Shown here in pieces: positions 9,176-16,441 of a DNA stretch of 32,000 bases. Made by a program: the position numbers and the translations under genes. The DNA is from Candidatus Bathyarchaeia archaeon (GTDB lineage: Archaea; Thermoproteota; Bathyarchaeia; TCS64). The notes beneath the pieces were generated by a model. It ran no database searches and was not told where the DNA came from. It was given only the letters and a program-made list of their open reading frames with translations. The stretch spans positions 16,089 to 48,088 of the forward strand of contig JBEKDF010000007.1 in the NCBI GenBank assembly GCA_050014495.1, in the 5' to 3' direction. Each line of letters begins with the position of its first letter. Position 1 is the stretch's first letter.

Positions 9176-10324
9176 ATGCCCCCTGTCTCTCACGAATTTC
9201 AGATATTTGTCAAACCCACAGGCTCCATCTGCAACCTCAACTGTCAGTACTGCTACTACATAGACAAAGAGCACCTCTACCCAACAGGCGAGACATTTCG
9301 AATGCCCATCGACGTCCTGGAGAACTACATCGCCCAACACATCGAAGCCTATCCCGGGGAAGTCATCAATTTCTCATGGCACGGAGGCGAGCCAACCATC
9401 CTCGGGTTAAACTACTTCCGAAAAATAGTTGAACTACAGCGAAAACACAACCCACAAAAAAGAAGAATCAAGAACGGCATCCAGACAAACGGCACCCTTC
9501 TCGACGAGGAGTGGTGCCACTTCCTCTCGGAACAGGGGTTCTATGTCGGGCTCAGCCTAGACGGCCCCCAGAAGACCCACGACCTGTACCGCTTGACCAA
9601 GGATAACAAACCCACCTACAATGAAGCAATCAGAGGCTATAATCTTCTACAGAAGCATCGTGTCGACACAGAGATCCTATGCGTTGTGAACGCATATAAT
9701 GCAAAGTTACCCCTAGAAATATACCGATTCTTCAAACAATTAAACGCCCAGTACATCACCTTCCTGCCACTAGTCGAGCCACAGCCTGACACCCTGAGCG
9801 GCGTCAGCAACATCAGTGTATCAGCCGAGGCTTGGGGGCGATTCCTCTGCACAATCTTCGACGAGTGGATTGAAGACGATATTGGGAAGGTTAAGGTGCA
9901 GATATTCGAAGAGGCACTTAGGACGGCGTTCAAACAAGAGCACTCGCTCTGCATCTTCAGGCCAACCTGCGGAGAAGTCCCCATCCTCGAACACAACGGC
10001 GACTTTTACTCATGCGACCACTTCGTCGACGCCGATCATCTCCTAGGGAACCTGGAGGAGACCTCATTAGCTAAGCTACTCGAGGACCCGAAACTGGCGA
10101 CGTTCGGGAAGGCCAAGCTGCTGAACCTGCCACGTTACTGCAAAGAATGCCTAGTCAGGGACATGTGCAACGGAGAGTGCCCCAAGAACCGAATAATATC
10201 GACACCTGATGGAGAACCGGGGCTGAACTACCTGTGTGATGGCTATAAACGGTTCTTCACTCACTGCAAGCCCTTCGTCTCAGAGGTTGCTGCACTGTGG
10301 AATCAACAAAAGAATACGCAATGA
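9176..10324 (+). CDS. Radical SAM/SPASM maturase of the anaerobic sulfatase-maturating enzyme (anSME/AslB) type
   Basis: 'CNLNCQYCYY' (CX3CX2C), 'HGGEPTI', and C-terminal SPASM cysteines ('CIFRPTCG', 'CDHF', 'CKECLVRDMCNGECPKNR'). Confidence 0.8.
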   Translation: MPPVSHEFQIFVKPTGSICNLNCQYCYYIDKEHLYPTGETFRMPIDVLENYIAQHIEAYPGEVINFSWHGGEPTILGLNYFRKIVELQRKHNPQKRRIKNGIQTNGTLLDEEWCHFLSEQGFYVGLSLDGPQKTHDLYRLTKDNKPTYNEAIRGYNLLQKHRVDTEILCVVNAYNAKLPLEIYRFFKQLNAQYITFLPLVEPQPDTLSGVSNISVSAEAWGRFLCTIFDEWIEDDIGKVKVQIFEEALRTAFKQEHSLCIFRPTCGEVPILEHNGDFYSCDHFVDADHLLGNLEETSLAKLLEDPKLATFGKAKLLNLPRYCKECLVRDMCNGECPKNRIISTPDGEPGLNYLCDGYKRFFTHCKPFVSEVAALWNQQKNTQ

Positions 10325-10345
10325 TATAGTGGACTAAACATCTGC

Positions 10346-11059
10346 TTAGGTTTTTAGCCTCTCGTTGAAGAAGTCGATTGTCCGCTTCCACGCCAACTTG
10401 GAGGCAGCCTCGTTGTACCGGGGAGGGCTTGTGTCGTTGAAGAAGCCGTGCTTGGCACCTTTGTACATGTAAATCTTGTAGTCTACACCCGCCTTCTTTA
10501 GCGCCGCCTCGAAGGCGGGTATTCCAGCGTTTATCCGTTCGTCGTCCTCAGCGTAGTGTATGAGCATCGGTGCCTTGATCTTGGGGACATCTTCGGGTGA
10601 GGGTTGCATGCCATAGAAGGGAACCGCGGCCTGCACGTCTGCGTTGACAGCAACCTGGTTCGTTAACCCTCCTCCCCAGCAAAAGCCTGTGACCCCCACC
10701 TTGCCAGTCGACAGGGGACGCGTCTTCAAGTACTTCACCGCCGCAACGAAGTTCTTGATAGTCTTCTGGCTGTCGAGCTTCTGCATCATCGACCTAGCCT
10801 CATCATCGTTACCGGGACTTCCCCCCACCGGAGATAATGCATCTGGGGCAATCGCCATAAAGCCCTCCAGAGCGATGCGCCTCGCAACATCCTCGATATG
10901 TGAGTTAAGCCCAAAAACTTCGTGTATGACGACCACACCTGGTACTTTACTAGATCCTTTGGGTCTAGTTAAATGTGCAAGAACGTCACCCGTCTCTCCA
11001 GGGTACTTTATGTTCTCAACCTCCAGGCGCGGGTCCTTCTCAGAAACCTTTGCACACAT
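10346..11059 (-). CDS. Dienelactone hydrolase family protein (carboxymethylenebutenolidase-like)
   Basis: 'PGVVVIHEVFGLNSHIEDVARRIALEGFMAIAPD', the nucleophile elbow 'GFCWGG', and a C-terminal 'GAKHGF'. The ATG at 11059 has GGAGGAG upstream. Confidence 0.8.
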   Translation of the reverse strand: MCAKVSEKDPRLEVENIKYPGETGDVLAHLTRPKGSSKVPGVVVIHEVFGLNSHIEDVARRIALEGFMAIAPDALSPVGGSPGNDDEARSMMQKLDSQKTIKNFVAAVKYLKTRPLSTGKVGVTGFCWGGGLTNQVAVNADVQAAVPFYGMQPSPEDVPKIKAPMLIHYAEDDERINAGIPAFEAALKKAGVDYKIYMYKGAKHGFFNDTSPPRYNEAASKLAWKRTIDFFNERLKT

Positions 11060-11348
11060 CAATAACTCCTCCTGGATTTAGTTAGCTGAAACATTATATT
11101 AATTACCATGCAAATAAGCTCCTAAATTGATGGTTTCCTAATGCACGCACGAGCATAATTGCAGTGGAAGTGTAATACGCGATGATCAGGAGGGTTCAGC
11201 AGATGATGAGAAGACTCTAGATGCGACGGTTCCAGCTGCCACATGTCTCATAAGGTTAGTAAAATATAGTCATGCGGTATCACAGTAAATCGGATGTAGG
11301 TGGAGCACGGTTAATAGGTACGATTTTGAGTATTGGTCCAGCCTAGAC

Positions 11349-11576
11349 TCAGGTTACGTAACCCTCACGATCGAGGCAGAGTCCGAGGCAGACGCCATCA
11401 AGGAGTTTAGGGCTAGACACCCGCATAAAAAATATAGGTTGATCTATCCACAGGACGAGTAAGCGCACGCGGGTATCAATCTCTGGGAAGAGCTTCTTGG
11501 GAAGATTGATTACATGAATTCTTATCCCGTCATCTGTCCAGAGGAGGTTGCCTACGTCGATGACGAGGGTCCTCAT
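11349..11576 (-). pseudogene. Possible N-terminal remnant of a hydrogenase maturation endopeptidase (HybD/HycI/FrhD family)
   Basis: The first ~30 aa 'MRTLVIDVGNLLWTDDGIRIHVINL' follow the family N-terminus (MxxLVxGxGNxLxxDDGxG). The ORF is only 75 aa where about 150 is expected, and its C-terminal half looks non-coding. No hydrogenase genes are nearby. Confidence 0.3.
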
Positions 11577-11684
11577 GGGCTAGTCTCTCGCGAATCTCTT
11601 CAAAAGAGTGTGATAGCGTGCGCGAATCCGACCAGTCACTTAAGAGCCTTTTTGTTAAGAAAATTTGACACATTCTTCATTCAT

Positions 11685-11969
11685 TTAATAGGGCCATGCA
11701 GCGAAGCCGCCATCTAAGAACTTCACATACTTGAATCCGGCGCCACCCAACATCCTCTCAGCATCGTATGCGCGTACAGCCGTTTTACAGAGTACCACAA
11801 TCTCCTTTCTTGGCAACTCTTCGAGTCTAGATCTCAGTTCGTCGATAGGGATACACACGACCTGGCGATCACAAAATGGGAGTACTTTAACCTCCTCTCT
11901 CGATCTCACGTCCAGGATGACGAAGTCCTCACTCTCCGCCATTTTCTTCATGAGCTCAGCAGCAGGCAT
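11685..11969 (-). CDS. Single-domain rhodanese (sulfurtransferase)
   Basis: 'DFVILDVRSREE' and the active-site loop 'CKTAVRA'. I chose the ATG at 11969 because the longer ORF-track start would overlap the upstream gene. Confidence 0.75.
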   Translation of the reverse strand: MPAAELMKKMAESEDFVILDVRSREEVKVLPFCDRQVVCIPIDELRSRLEELPRKEIVVLCKTAVRAYDAERMLGGAGFKYVKFLDGGFAAWPY

Positions 11970-11973
11970 GCCG

Positions 11974-11984
11974 TGCGCGCGCGC
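11974..11984. repeat. Alternating-CG box (TGCGCGCGCGC), copy in the ICMT-rhodanese spacer
   Basis: Read directly. It lies 4 nt upstream of the rhodanese ATG (11969), between that ATG and the ICMT stop (12001). Confidence 0.6.
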
Positions 11985-12000
11985 CTTGAATTCGCGTGTG

Positions 12001-12705
12001 CTACCAGATTCCCGGTAGCAGACGATAACATACGTGCTTAACATACTCTTTATAACCCATTAGCTCTTCCTGTAACATCCTATCCTCCAGGCTCGTGCGT
12101 GCGATCATTAGAATTAAGCTGACGACCATCGGGGCCAACGCCAAAATCGAGCCCAGCATCAGAGGCTGGGCAAAGAGGTATATGATCGACCCAAGATAAC
12201 CCGGGTGTCGCACATAACGGTATGGTCCACCCATGGCTACGGTGTGACTTTCCCCTTGAATGTGGGCGATATGGGAGAAGAACTTGTTACTTGCCATCGC
12301 CCAGACGTAAAGAGCATAGCCAATTATGTAAGAGACTATGGCGGTTACTTGGATGAGTAGCGGGACCTTTGCGGACCATTCGAAGCGCATATCCAAGCCG
12401 GCCACAAGGATAGACACAAATACAAATATTCCCATCGGAGCCATTATCGCGAGGTCCCATTTTTTAGCTAATTTAGTGCTTTCCCAGCGTTTCTCGATCT
12501 CCGGAGGGCTGAGAATCAGCATGGCGAACAGGTTGAATACAAAGTTAATTATGAGGAATGCCCAGGCTATCGTCCAATCCAAGCTACCCGATGATACGAA
12601 AAGAATCATGACCATAATAATATACGGTAAAATTTCCGTCACGAAACCCCTAAGACGTATCTTGGCATCAACCTTTCTTACATTAGTTAGCCTATTCTCA
12701 GCCAT
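12001..12705 (-). CDS. ICMT/PEMT-family membrane methyltransferase
   Basis: It has 5-6 hydrophobic helices and the signature 'RYVRHPGYLGSIIYLFAQPLMLGS'. Confidence 0.7.
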   Translation of the reverse strand: MAENRLTNVRKVDAKIRLRGFVTEILPYIIMVMILFVSSGSLDWTIAWAFLIINFVFNLFAMLILSPPEIEKRWESTKLAKKWDLAIMAPMGIFVFVSILVAGLDMRFEWSAKVPLLIQVTAIVSYIIGYALYVWAMASNKFFSHIAHIQGESHTVAMGGPYRYVRHPGYLGSIIYLFAQPLMLGSILALAPMVVSLILMIARTSLEDRMLQEELMGYKEYVKHVCYRLLPGIW

Positions 12706-12758
12706 ACTTTATCACCTAAGACGCTACTAAGCCCCCTTCTTACCTTTGTATGCGGCTG

Positions 12759-12768
12759 CGTGCGCACG
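12759..12768. repeat. CG-box variant, perfect 10-bp palindrome CGTGCGCACG
   Basis: Read directly. It lies 53 nt upstream of the ICMT-family ATG (12705) and 11 nt beyond the stop of 12780..14033. Confidence 0.5.
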
Positions 12769-12779
12769 TGTGGATGAGT

Positions 12780-14033
12780 TTATTTTCTGTGTAGAAGTCG
12801 GGTGACTCCCACGGCCATGACCAACGCCACGGGTATGAATATAGCAGTGAGCAAAGTTGACTCATTCTCAGCTAAAGCCTCAAAGATAATTCTAACCATC
12901 TCAGTTATGTAGACGGCCAAAATGAAGATCTCCACTTTGTGGAAAATCTCCTGCAGGCCAACGAGTCTAACAAGCTGCTCCTTTGAGGCCTTCTGCTCCT
13001 CCAATGTGAGTTTCTGTTGCTGTATACTGAGATAAGTCCTGACGCTATCCATGACTGTTCCGAGTCGAGCCTTCAACGCCTCGCTCCTCACTAGGTAGTT
13101 CTCATAAATCTTAGGCATCCTGCTGTACGCGATGGCCTCGCCCTCGATGCACATGGGCTCCCCGTTGAAACTTAGCTCATTCAGCCTCCGGAACACGCCC
13201 TCGATCCTGGATATGATCGACCGCGCCTCAATTAGGTTCCCGCGCATAGCCGAGATCATGGCTGAGAGACTCGCCTCTCTCTCCATGATATATCCCAGCC
13301 AGGACTCGAGGGTCTCAAGCCCCACTGGCTCTGGCTTCATGAGGTCCCATAGATATGTTTCGGTCCTCTCACTGATTTCAACCTCTCCCGGCTTAAGGGC
13401 TGAGAAGAAGCTGTTTGAGCTCCAATAGAGCCGGGAAAGCTGAGCGGAATGAATCGCGACTGTTCTTATGTCCTCCATAGTCTCATTAAAGCGCTGAAGT
13501 ACCACGTCCCGGGAGGGTTTGATGAGTGAGACGAAGTAGTACTTGTTGAATTGATCAGCATCATCCCTCGACTCGAGTATCGAGAATAGGCATCCTCCGA
13601 CGACGCCTACACCGATCCTGGGTCTCGATAATTGCCTTGAATAGACCTCGATTAAGGCTAAGGATTGTGCCTCATCGACTACTTCGGGTGCGAATATGAC
13701 GAAGGTTGTGAATACTGGGGATGAAAGGGTCACCAGGGGATCGAATTCTTCGAAGAGACGCGTCCCCGTGATTACTGCCTCACCAACTGTACCAGCGTCA
13801 TACCTTGATGTTAACGTCAATAATGTGAAATTTTCAATTGCTTCGACTTGATATCTGAATCGCCCCCCGTTTAGCTGAAACTCTAAGGCATCTCCAACTC
13901 TCACTGCGTCTACATGCTTCGCCCTTACAGCATTTTGAACCTGCTTAATGAATGCGTCTTTATCAAAGCTCTGGGCTACCTGCATCCTGATGAGTCTGGT
14001 CTCCCTACTTTTCCTCGAGGTGCCCAGGGTCAT
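12780..14033 (-). CDS. Hypothetical 417-aa protein: soluble N-terminal domain, long helical region, C-terminal hydrophobic helices
   Basis: This is a long clean ORF 4 nt downstream of the 14038..14454 gene, so a likely operon. The C-terminus is 'VEIFILAVYITEMVRIIFEAL...STLLTAIFIPVALVMAVGVTRLL'. I recognise no family. Confidence 0.6.
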   Translation of the reverse strand: MTLGTSRKSRETRLIRMQVAQSFDKDAFIKQVQNAVRAKHVDAVRVGDALEFQLNGGRFRYQVEAIENFTLLTLTSRYDAGTVGEAVITGTRLFEEFDPLVTLSSPVFTTFVIFAPEVVDEAQSLALIEVYSRQLSRPRIGVGVVGGCLFSILESRDDADQFNKYYFVSLIKPSRDVVLQRFNETMEDIRTVAIHSAQLSRLYWSSNSFFSALKPGEVEISERTETYLWDLMKPEPVGLETLESWLGYIMEREASLSAMISAMRGNLIEARSIISRIEGVFRRLNELSFNGEPMCIEGEAIAYSRMPKIYENYLVRSEALKARLGTVMDSVRTYLSIQQQKLTLEEQKASKEQLVRLVGLQEIFHKVEIFILAVYITEMVRIIFEALAENESTLLTAIFIPVALVMAVGVTRLLHRK

Positions 14034-14037
14034 CGGT

Positions 14038-14454
14038 CTACACCTTGAAGTTGTAGAGACACATTGGATCCCCTCTACTCTTCGCTAACAGCAACCTAAC
14101 CTTCATATCCGGCACGATGAGTGAGGCCATTCCATGGAACATTGGTAGGACGTAGTTGTCGTCCAGCCACTCCCATGGGATGTTAAGGGTTAGGGCAGCG
14201 CGCATGATGGGGCAGAACCCCTTGCATTGCATGGTTATGGTGTCTCCCTCGACCCTCGCGTTAGGTTCGCCCTGTACCATCCTCTGAAACTCGTTCAGGA
14301 TGGATGACAACGCCTCAAGGTTTTTCTCGTGGATGCCCTGCTTCTCCAACATTGACTGCCCCATCTCCCGACCGAGTTGATAAGCGCAATTCTTCGCAGC
14401 CTCCTTATTCTCCTTGAATTGCTCATAGAATATCTTCGGTTCGATGAAGCTCAA
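14038..14454 (-). CDS. Small V4R/ATC-hydrolase-like protein (tentative family), paralogue 1
   Basis: It has 60/138 identical positions in my gapless manual alignment with 19740..20159. Conserved blocks are 'GFCxIMRxALTxNxPWxWLDxNY' and C-terminal 'RGDxxCxxxFxV'. The TTG start aligns exactly with the paralogue's ATG. Confidence 0.55.
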   Translation of the reverse strand: MSFIEPKIFYEQFKENKEAAKNCAYQLGREMGQSMLEKQGIHEKNLEALSSILNEFQRMVQGEPNARVEGDTITMQCKGFCPIMRAALTLNIPWEWLDDNYVLPMFHGMASLIVPDMKVRLLLAKSRGDPMCLYNFKV

Positions 14455-14659
14455 TCGTCCACCACCTGATTGAGTAAATTCTACAAAGTATTTATTGTGT
14501 TTGAATCAACCTTTCCCTCTGACACGTAATCGTAAATGAGATGCGATTAATTCCTCTCTAAGTGAAATGCAGCCATTTTTCGGATCGCTATAAGATGTGA
14601 GCAGAAGTGATCTCCGTTAGTGTGGGAGGTCTGAACACTAATTTTAATTTTCGACCTCA

Positions 14660-14667
14660 CGCGCGCG
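14660..14667. repeat. Alternating-CG box variant (CGCGCGCG)
   Basis: Read directly in the 572-bp divergent spacer 14455-15026. Confidence 0.5.
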
Positions 14668-14718
14668 TAGTAAAAGTAGGTAGAGAGGTTTGAGTTTGGG
14701 GGCGCAGCATACGCATGC

Positions 14719-14730
14719 ATGCGCGCGCAT
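14719..14730. repeat. Perfect 12-bp palindrome ATGCGCGCGCAT (CG box in both orientations)
   Basis: Read directly. It is its own reverse complement and is flanked by AT-rich sequence. Confidence 0.65.
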
Positions 14731-14984
14731 TAATGTCGAATTAATTGAGACTAAACTAACTGAGTTGGAAAAAGAGGTTGATGAACTTAGGAGAATCATA
14801 GTGTTATCGCGACTGAAATGTAATTCAATAAAATCTGAGAAAGAAAAATTATACGAAAATAAATAAAGGTTTGTAATATTTCCTAGGTATTCTCGGCATC
14901 CAACTCTGAGACTTGCCTCTGAGCCACTTCGAATAGAAGAACCTCCTCATTGATCAGTGTCTCATGAGTCTGATGTTCGCTGTA

Positions 14985-14992
14985 CGCGCGCA
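14985..14992 (+). promoter_or_regulatory. CG box CGCGCGCA abutting the A/T box of the PhnA-like gene promoter (BRE position)
   Basis: The sequence is 'CGCGCGCAaaccgatttaagg'. The A/T box 14996-15004 lies about 23-31 nt before the ATG at 15027. Confidence 0.45.
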
Positions 14993-15026
14993 AACCGATT
15001 TAAGGCCCAAGGCGCAAATTTATTGA

Positions 15027-16280
15027 ATGATCGATGTAAACGGAACATCCTATAAAGACAACTTGGACGAACCGGTGGTCATCGTATGCGTCGACGGCGG
15101 ATCCCCGGATTATATAGATAAAGCGATGAAGGAAGGATATGCACCAACATTCAAGAGATTCAAGGATGAGGGATTCTATTCTACCGCCAAGTCGATTATT
15201 CCAAGCACCACAAACCCAAACAATATTGGCATCATAACGGGGGCTCTACCAGACGTCAACGGTGTACCAAGCAACTGGATATATGATAGGAAAAGCGGTG
15301 TAGAAAGATCCCTTGAGTCACCCCGAGACCTGAGATGCAAAACGATCCTACAGGTATTCCACGAGAATGGCATCAGAGTCGCCTCAGTGACCACCAAGGA
15401 TAAACTGAGACTCATGCTCGGCGAAGGATGGTATGGAATCAACATCTCAGCGGAGCTCGCCCATGGCAATGGTAAAATCGGATCGATCAAGGAAACCATA
15501 AAGAATGCTATGGATGCAAACAAAGGTAACATCACGGAAAAAACAGATCCATGGATGTACACTGAGGAGCCCTCCCACTACGCCTTAGAGCTCGCTATAG
15601 CAATAATGGAGTCAATAGGGCCATATACCCCTGATTTTCTCTACGTTTCACTCACAGATTATATTCCTCACAGATATGCCCCAGGCTCCAGTATGGCCAA
15701 CTCATACTTCAAGAGAATCGATAATTACCTCGGTACCTTGGATAGGCTGGGCTGCGTCATTGGGATAACTGCAGACCATGGCATGAATGACAAGTATAAT
15801 GCGGATGGTAGTCCTCATGCCATATGGTTGGATGAGATTCTTGATAGGTCTGGAGTAAACAGACACTGGACGATCTTACCCATCACCGACAAATATGGTG
15901 CTCACCATGGCTCGCTGGGTGGAGTGGCCTGGGTATACCTAGACGAGGTGCAAAAAGCCATGGAGATACTATCGGAGATAGACGGCGTGGAAAAGATCAT
16001 GGGTAGAGAGGAAGCCTCAAAAACATACAGTCTACCCGCGGAACTGATCGGTGACATAGTCGTTTTTGGAGATGAGAGAACCGTGTTTGGCACGGAGCAA
16101 AGAAGGCATAGCTCAGTGCCCATTTACCTGAGATCTCATGGGAGCCTCCACGAACAGGATGTACCATTTATTATAAACAAACCTCTAAATGAAAAATATA
16201 ATAAGAGAACAATTCACGGCATAAGGAATTTCCAGATCTGCGACTACGCGATTAACGGAACTGACACTAATTTAAACTAA
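15027..16280 (+). CDS. Alkaline-phosphatase-superfamily hydrolase, phosphonoacetate hydrolase (PhnA)-like
   Basis: 'VVIVCVDGGSPDYI', 'IIPSTTNPNNIGIITG' (Thr-nucleophile motif of the PhnA/NPP branch), 'TKDKLRLMLG', 'SLTDYIPHRYAPGS', 'ITADHGMN', 'LPITDKYGAHHGSLGG' and 'LRSHGSLHEQDVPFI'. Similarity to my memory of bacterial PhnA runs across the whole length. Confidence 0.7.
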   Translation: MIDVNGTSYKDNLDEPVVIVCVDGGSPDYIDKAMKEGYAPTFKRFKDEGFYSTAKSIIPSTTNPNNIGIITGALPDVNGVPSNWIYDRKSGVERSLESPRDLRCKTILQVFHENGIRVASVTTKDKLRLMLGEGWYGINISAELAHGNGKIGSIKETIKNAMDANKGNITEKTDPWMYTEEPSHYALELAIAIMESIGPYTPDFLYVSLTDYIPHRYAPGSSMANSYFKRIDNYLGTLDRLGCVIGITADHGMNDKYNADGSPHAIWLDEILDRSGVNRHWTILPITDKYGAHHGSLGGVAWVYLDEVQKAMEILSEIDGVEKIMGREEASKTYSLPAELIGDIVVFGDERTVFGTEQRRHSSVPIYLRSHGSLHEQDVPFIINKPLNEKYNKRTIHGIRNFQICDYAINGTDTNLN

Positions 16281-16396
16281 ATTATACATCAAAGGGCGGG
16301 ACCAATTTGAGAGCTGAACAGGTGACGGACCAAGCGTAAGGAAAAGACCAATGTTCGCTGATGCGTCAACGGAGTGTGTATGGTGATAAGACTATG

Positions 16397-16405
16397 GCGC
16401 GCGCA
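16397..16405. repeat. CG box GCGCGCGCA in the convergent spacer after the PhnA-like and 432-aa genes
   Basis: Read directly. On the + strand it is followed by 'acacaaattaataatgg'. Confidence 0.55.
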
Positions 16406-16441
16406 CACAAATTAATAATGGCAATTTTTGACTCGTTTGTG

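Noticed and set aside
10644-11081. 145-aa plus-strand ORF opposite the dienelactone hydrolase. Similar shadow ORFs lie at 12338..12730, 13132..13428, 15176..15562, 7074..8567 and 23650..24344.
   Set aside because: All are antisense to genes with clear family motifs and have biased, non-protein-like composition.
14690-14866. 58-codon TTG-initiated ORF in the long spacer (…INVELIETKLTELEKEVDELRRIIVLSRLKCNSIKSEKEKLYENK)
   Set aside because: Coiled-coil-like K/E/I/N-rich sequence is what AT-rich DNA yields by chance. It has only weak TTG starts, and its 5' part runs through the CG palindrome. I do not call it a gene without conservation or translation data.
15027-16280. Idea that the AP-superfamily enzyme is the substrate of the anSME-like maturase at 9176..10324
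   Set aside because: The nucleophile region reads PSTTNPNN (Thr type). There is no (C/S)xPxR formylglycine motif anywhere in the protein, and the genes are 5 kb apart on separate transcription units.
16300-16351. Three copies of GACCAA (16300-16305, 16328-16333, 16346-16351) in the convergent spacer
   Set aside because: It is only a hexamer with irregular spacing (28 and 18 bp) and no flanking similarity. It is probably chance.
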